Shown in pieces: positions 31,977 to 48,921 of a stretch of 64,000 nucleotides of DNA; position 1 is the first letter of the stretch; each line of letters starts with the position of its first letter. Origin of the DNA: the human T2T-CHM13v2.0 reference genome, Homo sapiens. Both the position numbers and the translations under genes were made by a program. Where the stretch lies: assembly GCF_009914755.1 (NCBI RefSeq), contig NC_060926.1; one strand, written 5' to 3'. Below the pieces are notes generated by a model. It was not told the origin of the DNA, made no database searches, and saw only the letters and a program-made list of their open reading frames with translations.

Positions 31977-32029
31977 CTCTCTCTCTCTCTCTCTCTCTTC
32001 CTTCCTTCCTTCCTTTCTCTCTTTCTTTC

Positions 32030-32030
<1 letters not shown>
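31826..32030. repeat. (CTTT)n/(CT)n polypyrimidine microsatellite
   Basis: ~200 bp of essentially pure C/T directly attached to a minus-strand Alu fragment. Confidence 0.95.
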
Positions 32031-32488
<458 letters not shown>

Positions 32489-32894
32489 CTCTAAGGGTTT
32501 TTTTTAGGGCCATGAGAACGAACGTTTTCATGATGAAAAATGCTCTGCGGATGCTGCCTACTAAATCCCCCTGGGGAGGGTCACAATGTACATCTGTGAA
32601 CTGAAGGCTTTACATGCGAATGATGTGAAAAGAAATCCTGTTTAACATTACTTCATGGATAAATCGAGTATTTGCCCCAAAGAAGCCTTCTCTGCTTGGG
32701 CATGCATTATATTCTGGTCCAACCACTCATTCCTCCACATCACTTAGGCTGTCCTAGGTGCAGGCTCTCCTAAGGGGTGGTTGCCCTTTGATTTCCTCCT
32801 TGCCTTTTGCACTTTCGCAGCTTATAGATATAGAAGATAACCAATAAAATCTGGTACCAAACAGTCACACATCTAGGCTTTATGCTACCTACCT

Positions 32895-33100
32895 ATGCTG
32901 TCCAATACCAGAGTCACATGCCACATGTAGCTATTCCTATTTCTATTAATTAAAACTATTTAATTTTAAATAAATTAAAAATTCAATTTTTCAGTTGCAC
33001 CAGCCACATTTCAAGTGCTCTAATGAATGTGTGGCTTGTGGCTACAACACTGGTCAGAGCAGATACAAACATTTCCATCTTCTCAGAAATTTCTGAGGAA
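32895..33100. mobile_element. MER3/MER33-like hAT-Charlie remnant
   Basis: ctgtccaata...gccacatgtagctat...agccacatttcaagtgctc...acatttccatc motifs. Confidence 0.6.
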
Positions 33101-33499
33101 TAATGCCACAATAAACCTTGTCAATCATAGAAGGAATTCTGTTAACCTTCTCATCATGTCCATATCCGCATGAGAATGTGAGATCGCTGAAAGCAAGAAT
33201 GAGATTTTCTCATCTCTGAACCCCAGCTCCTAGTCCAGGGCCCTGCAGGAAAGGCCACTCACAAAATAACTGCTAGATGATATGAATGTTTCCTCTTTGC
33301 TCCCAAAAATGTGCCAACCTTTGTCGCAACACTTTACCATACTTTTCCCTCAAAAAAAACTTTTATTAGTTTTTATTTATTTAAAAAGTAATACAGAATA
33401 CTGAAAGAAGATTTAAAAATCCACATGTAATACTCCCACCTACAGAATGCCACTCTTAACATTTTGGAGTATTTACATTCATTTATTTACAAACAGATT

Positions 33500-34480
33500 T
33501 TTTGTCATTTGTTGAGGCATATTTTGCATATGGTAAAATTCACCCTTTTAAGGTGATGTGTGTATGACGTATGATGAATGTAACAACCACTACAATCAAG
33601 ATACAAATTATTTCCATCACCCTCAAAAAGTCACCTCCTCACCTTTGTAATTAAGCCACTCTCCCCAACCGCTCTCCAGCAATCACTGATCCAATTTCTG
33701 TTCCTAGGGTTTCAACTGTTCAAGAATGTCATGTACATGGAATTATATAGGAAGTAGCTTTTTTTAGTCTGGGTTCTTCCATTAAACGTGTTGCTTTTGA
33801 GATTCATCCATGTTTCCCTTTTTATTGCTGAGTTATATTCTATGATATAGATACACCACAATCTGTTTACCCATTCTACAGTTGAACTTCGGAGTTGTTT
33901 CTAACTTTTGGCAATCCTGATAGAGCTGTTATAAACATTTGCACATAGGGTTTTGTGTGTACATATGTTTTCATCACTCTTGGGAGAATTCCTAGCAATT
34001 GGATTGTTAGTCATATATAGTAAGTGTATGTTGAATTTTATAAGAAACTGTCAAACTGACTTCCAGAACACCTTTGCTTTTTTGCGTTTCCCCCAGCAAT
34101 GTATGAGAGTTTCAGTTGCTCTGCGTCTTCACCAGCATTTTGTATTTTCCTTTTTTTTTTTGTCTTGAGCCATCCTAATACATATGTAGTGGTATTTTAT
34201 TGTGGCTTTAATTTGCATTTCCCTAATGACTAATGATGTCGAGCATCTTTTTGTGTGATTATGTGTTGTCAATATCCTTACTTTGTAATGTTTTATTTGA
34301 ATCTTTTGCCCATTTTTAATTGGGTTGTCTGCTTTCTTATTATTGAGTTGTAAGAATTCTTTATACATTCTAAATGTCGGTACTTCATCAGAAATGCATT
34401 TTACAGATATTTTCTCCCAGTTTGTAGCTTGTTTTTATTTTCTTAACAGGGTTTTTCGAAGAGCAGACAACTGCTCTTCA
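33500..34480 (-). mobile_element. Old L1 (L1MB/ME-like) ORF2 end and 3'UTR
   Basis: Degenerate ORF2 translation (KRCSTSLVIREMQIKATIKYH); boundaries approximate. Confidence 0.75.
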
Positions 34481-35275
34481 AGTTGTTTTTTAACTGTACT
34501 GAAGAACAAAGAAATTTTTATAAATATCTGCCACATGCTAAACTTTTATTGGCGCTGGAATTACAATAATGGCTAAGCTTAAAGTTGTATTTTTCCTTTT
34601 TAGCAAAATTGGCATTGATTGGTTTCTTGTCTACTTTTTCACTATCTTATCGTTAATATTTCTACATCATTAAATATTATTTGAAAACATGATTGTAAGG
34701 TATACTCTCACAGTGATTTCTTGATTCATCTTAACTATCCCTCTGTATTTGGAGATGTTTATCTTGATTCCCATCAATATTTTAAAAAGAAAAGAAGCAT
34801 ATGATTCCCATCCTTGCGCAGAAATCTCTGTATACATTTCCAATTATTTTCTTAGTATAAATGCTTATAATTGCAAAAACTGGGACAGAGGCACAGGACT
34901 TTGCTCTATACCTGTCTCTTTAGAAAGACTACAGATGTCCTGAAGCAAAGAGCTTGTCTTGGCCCCCTTGTCATGCCAGAATATGACAAAAGCCTGTTAC
35001 ATTGCAGGTGCACTATACACACTTGAGGGATCAACGGTTGGAGAGAAAAAGAATTCCACTGAACTCCATCCTCTCCCTTTCCTCCTGTGGAAAAAAAAGA
35101 AAGAAAAGAATATCCTGTCTCCTGCAGACATCTACCTTGCCTTCCCAGATGAAGGGAAGAAGAAAGTCTTCTTCTAAGAGAAAACTTGCCAAGGAGATGC
35201 AGGTTTCCCGGAGAGCTGGATGACAAGCCCTGTTGCTGCTCAGCAATGCCCTTAAGGGGCCCTGCCCCCTGCCTT

Positions 35276-35281
35276 TATAAA
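35276..35281 (+). promoter_or_regulatory. DAPL1: TATA box of DAPL1
   Basis: TTTATAAAG in a GC-rich context 85 nt upstream of the ATG; implies a TSS near 35305-35315. Confidence 0.75.
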
Positions 35282-35360
35282 GCCGGTGCGGTGGTGGGGC
35301 AGCCACAGCTGGCATTCAGCCTCCAGAGCACCAGCACTGGCACTGGCACTGGCACACGCT

Positions 35361-35418
35361 ATGGCAAATGAAGTGCAAGACCTGCTCTCCCCTCGGAAAG
35401 GGGGACATCCTCCTGCAG
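35361..35418 (+). CDS. DAPL1: DAPL1 coding exon 1 (MANEVQDLLSPRKGGHPPA, phase 1 end)
   Basis: ATG in context gctATGG; DAP-family GHPPA motif; donor CAG|gtaggc. Confidence 0.96.
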
Positions 35419-36146
35419 GTAGGCTGCCACCTGCCCTCAGTCCTGCAGGCTGTTGCTGCTCCCCTCTTCCACCAATGCCTTCCATGGAGCACCCCGACAG
35501 ACGGAAGCTTCTCTGTCTACCCAGTATGACTTTAACTCCATGCAGCCTGACTTCCTCTTATGTCTTTGATCCTTCTTAGCTTGTATGTAAATCCACCCGG
35601 GGATTTGTCAGACCCCCAGTGAGTTAAAACCTAATTACCTACGGCAGTGTATGGATTTGGGGCTTGTGGAAAGGCATAGGTAGAGAGGTTGCACCTTTCC
35701 TCCCTCTAGGCAGCATTCCTTTCACGGGGCCCTGGCTGTAGATTAGCAGTGACACATCTACACCAGGAAGATGATTTGCTACCATGGAAACCTTTCTCTT
35801 TAGAGGTTCCAGCTGTAAGACTCAGTCTCCCCAAGATGCCTGTGCATCATGTGACTTCCTACCCAGGCAAAGCAGCTTCTGCACAGAGGACAACAATCAC
35901 ATTTCTTTCTCCCTCCTCAGGCTTTGGGGATGTATTTACCTGTCAACAAGCTGAGAAGTACTTTTAAATAAAGACACAGGACTTGAGGAGGCTGACTGGA
36001 AAAAGTAGCTGTCAAGGTGTTTGCAAAGCATCCATAGTTGTCTTTTTTTTTAATTTATGCTATCTATATTGACTCTCTGGAATATGGAAATTAGTTTTAT
36101 TGTACTTAACCATATGTTCATATAGATTGGCTGAGGTGTACAGGCC

Positions 36147-36181
<35 letters not shown>

Positions 36182-36402
36182 CTCTTTTTTTTTTTTTATT
36201 ATACTCTAAGTTTTAGGGTACATGTGCACATTGTGCAGGTTAGTTACATATGTATACATGTGCCATGCTGGTGCGCTGCACCCACTAATGTGTCATCTAG
36301 CATTAGGTATATCTCCCAATGCTATCCCTCCCCCCTCCCCCTACCCCACCACAGTCCCCAGAGTGTGATATTCCCCTTCCTGTGTCCATGTGATCTCATT
36401 GT

Positions 36403-40254
<3,852 letters not shown>

Positions 40255-40293
40255 TCATTAGTTGATGCAGTTTCTTCCTAGTCTCGATGGTCT

Positions 40294-41310
40294 TTACATT
40301 TTGGCATGATTTTGCAGCGGCTGGTACCGGTTGTTCCTTTCCATGTTTAGCGCTTCCTTCAGGAGCTCTTTTAGGGCAGGCCTGGTGGTGACAAAATCTC
40401 TCAGCATTTGCTTGTCTATAAAGTATTTTATTTCTCCTTCACTTATGAAGCTTAGTTTGGCTGGATATGAAATTCTGGGTTGAAAATTCTTTTCTTTAAG
40501 AATGTTGAATATTGGCCCCCACTCTCTTCTGGCTTGTAGGGTTTCTGCCGAGAGATCCGCTGTTAGTCTGATGGGCTTTCCTTTGAGGGTAACCCGACCT
40601 TTCTCTCTGGCTGCCCTTAACATTTTTTCCTTCATTTCAACTTTGGTGAATCTGACAATTATGTGTCTTGGAGTTGCTCTTCTCGAGGAGTATCTTTGTG
40701 GTGTTCTCTGTACTTCCTGAATCTGAACGTTGGCCTGCCTTGCTAGATTGGGGAAGTTCTCCTGGATAATATCCTGCAGAGTGTTTTCCAACTTGGTTCC
40801 ATTCTCCACATCACTTTCAGGTACACCAATCAGACGTAGATTTGGTCTTTTCACATAGTCCCATATTTCTTGGAGGCTTTGCTCATTTCTTTTTATTCTT
40901 TTTTCTCTAAACTTCCCTTCTCGCTTCATTTCATTCATTTCATCTTCCATTGCTGATACCCTTTCTTCCAGTTGATCGCATCGGCTCCTGAGGCTTCTGC
41001 ATTCTTCACGTAGTTCTCGAGCCTTGGTTTTCAGCTCCATCAGCTCCTTTAAGCACTTCTCTGTATTGGTTATTCTAGTTATACATTCTTCTAAATTTTT
41101 TTCAAAGTTTTCAATTTCTTTGCCTTTGGTTTGAATGTCCTCCCGTAGCTCAGAGTAATTTGATCGTCTGAAGCCTTCTTCTCTCAGCTCGTCAAAATCA
41201 TTCTCCATCCAGCTTTGTTCTGTTGCTGGTGAGGAACTGCGTTCCTTTGGAGGAGGAGAGGCGCTCTGCGTTTTAGAGTTTCCAGTTTTTCTGTTCTGTT
41301 TTTTCCCCAT
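40294..41310 (-). CDS. L1 ORF1p (RNA-binding chaperone), 338 aa
   Basis: Uninterrupted ORF MGKKQNRK...NHAKM with coiled coil and intact REKG, ARR and YPAKLS motifs. Confidence 0.98.
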   Translation of the reverse strand: MGKKQNRKTGNSKTQSASPPPKERSSSPATEQSWMENDFDELREEGFRRSNYSELREDIQTKGKEIENFEKNLEECITRITNTEKCLKELMELKTKARELREECRSLRSRCDQLEERVSAMEDEMNEMKREGKFREKRIKRNEQSLQEIWDYVKRPNLRLIGVPESDVENGTKLENTLQDIIQENFPNLARQANVQIQEVQRTPQRYSSRRATPRHIIVRFTKVEMKEKMLRAAREKGRVTLKGKPIRLTADLSAETLQARREWGPIFNILKEKNFQPRISYPAKLSFISEGEIKYFIDKQMLRDFVTTRPALKELLKEALNMERNNRYQPLQNHAKM

Positions 41311-41619
41311 CTTTGTGGTTTTATCTACTTTTGGTCTTTGATGATGGTGATGTACAGATGGGTTTTCGGTGTAGATGTCCTTTCTGGTTGTTAGTTTTCC
41401 TTCTAACAGACAGGACCCTCAGCTGCAGGTCTGTTGGAATACCCTGCCGTGTGAGGTGTCAGTGTGCCCCTGCTGGGGGGTGCCTCCCAGTTAGGCTGCT
41501 CGGGGGTCAGGGGTCAGGGACCCACTTGAGGAGGCAGTCTGCCCGTTCTCAGATCTCCAGCTGCGTGCTGGGAGAACCACTGCTCTCTTCAAAGCTGTCA
41601 GACAGGGACACTTAAGTCT

Positions 41620-41830
41620 GCAGAGGTTACTGCTGTCTTTTTGTTTGTCTGTGCCCTGCCCCCAGAGGTGGAGCCTACAGAGGCAGGCAGGCCTCCTTGA
41701 GCTGTGGTGGGCTCCACCCAGTTGGAGCTTCCCGGCTGCTTTGTTTACCTAAGCAAGCCTGGGCAATGGCGGGCGCCCCTCCCCCAGCCTGGCTGCCGCC
41801 TTGCAGTTTGATCTCAGACTGCTGTGCTAG
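41620..41830 (+). promoter_or_regulatory. L1 antisense promoter region (approx. 5'UTR nt 400-600), directed toward DAPL1 exon 2
   Basis: Placed by position within an intact L1HS 5'UTR; activity inferred from the known L1 antisense promoter. Confidence 0.7.
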
Positions 41831-41981
41831 CAATCAGCGAGATTCCGTGGGCGTAGGACCCTCTGAGCCAGGTGTGGGATATAGTCTCGTGGTGCGCCGT
41901 TTCTTAAGCCGGTCTGAAAAGCGCAATATTCGGGTGGGAGTGACCCGATTTTCCAGGTGCGTCCGTCACCCCTTTCTTTGA
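41766..41981 (+). CDS. L1 ORF0 (71 aa, antisense 5'UTR ORF)
   Basis: gcaATGG start; MAGAPPPAWLPPCSLISDCC...RCVRHPFL; internal donors after nt 106 (CAG|gtgtgg, 41871) and nt 191 (CAG|gtgcgt, 41956). Confidence 0.9.
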   Translation: MAGAPPPAWLPPCSLISDCCASNQRDSVGVGPSEPGVGYSLVVRRFLSRSEKRNIRVGVTRFSRCVRHPFL

Positions 41982-43497
41982 CTCGGAAAGGGAACTCCCT
42001 GACCCCTTGCGCTTCCCAGGTGAGGCAATGCCTCGCCCTGCTTCGGCTCGCGCACGGTGCGCACACACACTGGCCTGCGCCCACTGTCTGGCACTCCCTA
42101 GTGAGATGAACCCGGTACCTCAGATGGAAATGCAGAAATCACCCGTCTTCTGTGTCGCTCACGCTGGGAGCTGTAGACCGGAGCTGTTCCTATTCGGCCA
42201 TCTTGGCTCCTCCCTCCTACAGGCCTATTTTTAGTCAGTTTTATATTCTTCCAACTGCCTTCCTTCTTTTTTACTGAAGAAAGAACTCAAAAGCTTGACT
42301 GCTTTGTTCTTGCCTTTCTCCATTTACAAAAACATATTTACTGTCTAATTCTCTGGCACCTCTAGGCCAAGGTTATTTCAATAATCTTTGCTGCAGAGGG
42401 TGATGGTGGGTATTGTCTTCACAGAGAGTCAAAATGTAACATTGTTTTGGTGGCTTTCCGGCGGGTAGCCTGGCCAAAAAGAGTCCAGATTTTACTACTC
42501 ATTCTGAGTTTCCAGCTCTAGACATCTTGGTCTGATCTCCTCTGGTAGATTACTGATGTTTTATATTTGTAATCAAATTTAGCAATATTTAACATTACCT
42601 ATATTTAAAGTTAATTATGCTAGCTAATAGTCAGGAAGTATATATGCAAATCATTGGAAGACAGGCTCCTTACATAGACAAAGACAAAAGAAAAAAGAAC
42701 TCCATTCTCATTATGTTGTTTCCACTCCAACCCTTCATAAAATGGCTAAGATGAAACCTGTTTTGCTAAACTACATTTATGCACAAAGAACACAGACATA
42801 AACTTAACCAAATGAAAGTTCGAATGAAACCACCGGGAACTTTCTGTCCCCACCACTAATGATTGCTAATTACTCTGTGTACATAGCACACCATGACTCC
42901 ATCAAGCATGTCACAATGCCTCTGGCATGACAATTAATTATTATGAACTGTGACACTACAGATAAGAGGTTTTGGATAATTAGAATGGAGATGAAGGCAG
43001 ACTTTTGCCTCCCCACTGAGCACAAGGGAACAAAGAAGTGTCATCCTTCAGCCTGTCTTGCCACTAATTTTAAGTCTGAATCTGTTTGTGGTGGTGCAAA
43101 ATTTTATTTATGGAACAAAAACAAGTGCCAAAATTCTGTTAATTTTTCACTTGATTTTTATAAGCAAAATACAGATCCCTAAAAGTGGGAAGAAGATACG
43201 ATTCGGTGGGGAGGGTGGGACATACATAGCCTTTGGAATCAGACAGACCTGGGTTTGAACCTCAACTTCATTTCACATCTTCGAGCCTGAGTTTCCTCAT
43301 CTCTGAAACAGGATGCAATAAATAACATCTATCTAGTAAGTTTGTTGTAATGATTAAAAGAGATCACCTCTGTAAAGTATCTGGCACCTGAATGTTAGCC
43401 CCCTTAAAATGCAGGCCCGGTAGAACACATCACTATCAAAAGAAATTATCCTCCCCAATTTCAAGACATCCTGATGCTGGAGCGGCATTAGACACTA

Positions 43498-43875
<378 letters not shown>

Positions 43876-45940
43876 TTAGAAGTCAGCCTGCTGCATCTCT
43901 TTCCTACCTATCTATGGAGCAGTCAATGGTTTCATTTTAATGTATATTAATATAATATATTGCATCTCTGATAGCCCTAGTTATACATTTATGCTGTGAA
44001 ATGAGACTACATAAAACACAAGGTGGCCTGGGCTCCAGTAAGAAGAACTTGGAATTTTCTGCTTTTTTGATTTGTCTCACCCTCACTTTCAGAAGAACCC
44101 CATTATATGAACAGCAGCACCAAAAATGTGTGAGTAGAAGTTGACCCCAGGAAGCCAGATATATGATGAATAGAAAGAAGAGCAGTGGTTCATGACTTTT
44201 TCTATATTTCCTGCACTTTTTAATTGGGTCTAAGCCAAATGAATCAGAGCCATTAGAGGTGTTGCCACTGAATCCCTAAAGAGAATATGTTTTCTGACTC
44301 ATTAAAGAGAGAAGGAAGTTGGAGGGGGAGTATGACCAATTGTAAAACTAATGCAGAAAATGGGGGACAACCATAAACTGCATATGGACCACGGTCATTT
44401 GAAAACCCTCACACACTCCAAAGGCTTGAATCTCTCAATTCCATCTGCTCAAGTCAACTTGGGGGCATTGGAACAGGACAGAACCATGAAGTTAGAAGAG
44501 AGAGGCTGTGAGATTCACCTCCTCCTGCCCCAGGGGACAGGGATTTGAGGACTGCAAGAACAGCTGCCATTCGCTCAATGCTGACTGCACCTGGCACAGC
44601 AAAGAGACTTCTAGACGTGGCAACAGCCCTGCAGATGGGTGATGTTTCACGGAAGAGCGAACGGAGACTCAGTGAGATTGAGGGACTTGCCGAAAGCCAC
44701 ACAGCTAGTGGGAAGTGGAGCTGGAATTGGAAAATGAAGCTGACCTCATGTCAAAGCCCTCTTACTCTAAAGCCTTTTCTGTTTGCTCCACAACCTTCTC
44801 TTGATGAGGGTTTTGGGGGTCTTGATTGGCAGCCTAAAATTTCCTGATAAATTAACTGTGAATGCAAAGTGAGCATTTTGCAAACATCTAAACTTTTCAT
44901 TAAACCTTCAAATAGATGTTCTCATTCACAAGGCAGAGTTTGCACAAACCTTTGTGCCTTTCAGCTTTTTCACATACATTGTCCATGGATTTGTGAAGGA
45001 AAAAGCCTAATTTTTTTGCAGGCTTATGTTTATCTTCACTACTCTCTACCAAAAACTGTGAAAAAGATTGGAAAATCTTAGCTGGAAAATTATTATTTAG
45101 AATTCTAAACTAACTGATGTATTTTTAAAAATTTATAAACTACAAAAGCAGTCACAAGAGTATAATTCTCATGCAGAGATGGGAAAGCAAAGCTTCATTT
45201 TCCCCGCTTAAATTTAGGTTTTCTAGTGAAATTATCTAAAAGAGCATCTCCCTTTTTTACATTGTCTATCTCTAGTTCATCTTCATTATTGAAAGGACTG
45301 AAAGTCTTAATTTACATATTTGTACTCAACATCCTGTTAAAATGTTAAATCAGTTCATATTTTACTTTGCCCAATTCCAATTGATCTTTCTGCAAAGGTT
45401 CAAAAAGCAGGATAGTCCCAAACATGGAGTTACGTAAAGGATTACAAACTTAAATGGATCGATTTGGATACAGTGAAACTTTGAAAAGGTCTCTTGAGTC
45501 AGAGGTATCTAGTATAAGCAAAATGAGCAAGAACCTGATTGTGTTGCATTGTAAATAATGGCTTGTCTAGACCCCAGGAGATCATTGTGATCAGTGTTCC
45601 CAGCAGAGATTTTAAGATAACCCTCCCACAAACTGACCCCACCTGGTTCAGTCACCCCAGTGTAGTGAGAGCCCAAATCTATATCAGTGCATCCATCTGT
45701 AGTCTAGGGATATTATCTTCCGCTTCTTTCTACTGTACATAGATGACTGAGTAAGATCAGCTACCAGAACAAGTTTGGTACAAGAACTCTGTTCTGGAAA
45801 TCCAATGTGTGTTTCCCTTATGCTTCTGAAATTGCTGAGTTAGAGCCTACAGCCCTATGACAGAGACGATTTAAAGACTGCTGGATGGAAGTAGGAATCT
45901 TTATGGGGAGGACTTTTTCTTCTTCCCCCTAAAATGTCTA

Positions 45941-46167
<227 letters not shown>

Positions 46168-46880
46168 TTAAATGCCTTATGCTCTTTCCAAAGAGAAAGA
46201 AGTGATGGATTTTTTTGAGAGGTAGATGAAAAGAGTTGAAATTATAATAAGGACTTTATAATAAACATAATCTAGTTCAACTTCCACTGAATTCCCCAAA
46301 GTTCTCCTAAGGTATTCATGACAAAAGAACTTCTTTCCTTTACTTTAATACACTGAGGTACAAAAAACTCGTTATTGTATTAGGCAATCTATATCATGTT
46401 GAATAAGACAAGCTGTTACAAGTAGCCAGACTGTACCTTTCTAGAACTCTTAGTCTTTGGTCTTCGTTCTCACCTCTGGAACCACATAAAATAAATATAA
46501 ATAATAATTAGTAATTAGTAAGTGCCTACCATGCACCAGGTTCTTATGTCACCTCTATTTTCTGACAGCAATAGTCAGTATTATTCCCCATTGAAGGACG
46601 TGGAGACAGTCTGAGAGCAGTTTTAAGTGTCCTACTCACAGTCACAGAGCTTAGGAGGAATAGAGTTGTCCAACCCTACATAACATTTCCTCACCAGTAA
46701 ACTGCTCCTCTGCCCTCATGACAGCCCTTCAGATCTTTGAAGATGGCTCCCTAAGTTCTCTCGCTTTGCTTCTTCAGGAGTTATCTTACTAGATTCCCTA
46801 GTTCCTCATGTAGCATGCCTGCCTTCACTCTGGTCACTCTCCTCTGAAGATTCCCAGATTATCAATGTCCTTCCAAATGA

Positions 46881-47228
<348 letters not shown>

Positions 47229-48374
47229 TAAAACAATTTTGCTTCTATAGTTGGTAATAATAATTAATCCAGGTAGAAGAAAATGTGTAGGAATAATAGC
47301 ATCAGGGAAAGCAAAAGGAACACTAACAAGAAAATAATTACAGCACACTATATATGAAAGGCACTTGTCATAAGGAGAATGAAAAATACTGTTGGGAGGT
47401 GTATCAAAGGCCCCAGAGCTCTTATCTGATTCTTCTTAGCATTAAGCAACAGTGCTATGAGCAGTCACCATCTCCCATACAGAGGCACACACGCCTCAAA
47501 CATTCTTTGGGAAAAAGCCCATCCCTTGATTTATTTCACCTGTATTCCATGGCTATTCAGAAATGTTTCCCTATAATTTCATTTTTGTTGCAGATTACTT
47601 TGTATGCCATATGCGTGTGTATAAATAATTTATGTATATAAAGAATGTGCATATATATATATAATTTAAAGCAGATAATGTATAAAGATAGCATTTTCTG
47701 AGGCTTATATACAAAAATCAATATTTTTTAAACTTGGTAATTCAAATGACCAAATGGAGTTTATTCCATGAATGCAGGAATGGTTGAATAGTAAAACAAC
47801 AGATCTTAGTGATACAAAACCCATAAGAGATTGACAAGGTCATATAAAAACAGCAAATTTCTGACTGGCAAAAACATTATCAATAAAGTCAAAAAGCAGT
47901 AACTGGTACAATATAATATTTTATATTTGCAATGTATCTCATGGAAAAATAGCTCCTATAAATCGGTAAGAAAAAGATAGGAAAAAGACTAGCAATCCAA
48001 TTGAAAAGGACAAAAGATTTGAACAGCTTACAGAAAAGGAAATGCAAATGGCTTCTAAAACACAGAACCAAGCTCAACCTTTAATAAAACATGAGAAATG
48101 AGAATTAAAACAGTGATATACCTTTATCTATTTTGTAACTTACTGGCTGACAAAACCAAACACTTTGTAGCTCGCGTTGTTAACAGGGGTATGGAGGAAC
48201 AACAACTGTCATCATGGCTGGTGAGATTCTAAACTGGTGCAACCTCTGCTAAGGGCAATTTGGCAAGATTTAACAAAATTCCAAACACGCATACTCTTAA
48301 GAACTAACAAGATCACTTTTAGGAATTTCCCCAACAGGTATGCTTGTATTTGTGCAAAATTATGTATCTAAAAC

Positions 48375-48921
48375 TGTTAGGAGAGCAAGAACCTAAAAGA
48401 GCCAGAGTGACATCATTTGAAAATCACCTCCATCTTAGAATGAGCGAGGCACATTCCTTGCTAGTCACAACCCCATGATGCTAAGATGTTTACAGCTGAG
48501 GAAGCAGCTTGGTAATGCCTGCAAGAACAAACTCTTAGAACCACAGAAAGTCCAGATGGGCCAATACCCATAATGATAATGCTTTCAAGATAGTAACAGT
48601 TATGCTTTGATGTACTCACACACCAAATCGTCAAGGATGGTTTTCTTTACATCAGTAGAATAATAAATCTTGTCATGTTGTCTGCTCACCTGCATGTAGT
48701 CACAGTTTAGTCTTTACATAGACAAGACCCCTATATAAGAAAAACTGAAAAACAGTGTGTTTGTGCACTCACTTTCTGAGGACACCCTACTCTGTAATGG
48801 AATTGTTTCTAATAAACTTGCTTATTTCACTGAGCTCTGTGCCTCGCCTTGAATTTCTTCCTGTGCAAGATCCAAGAACCTTTTTTTGGATTCTGGATCA
48901 AGACACCTCTTTCTGGTAGCA
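48375..48921 (+). mobile_element. ERV1-class solo LTR (MER41-group-like) inserted in old L1 sequence
   Basis: TG...CA termini, TATATAA near 48732, AATAAA at 48811, end gatccaagaacc...tctggatcaagacacctctttctggtagca; near-TSD AAAC/AAAG. Confidence 0.7.

Noticed and set aside
35286-35579. 97-aa ORF containing MANEVQDLL
   Set aside because: It is exon 1 read through into intron 1 from a non-ATG upstream codon; the real CDS starts at 35361 and splices at 35418
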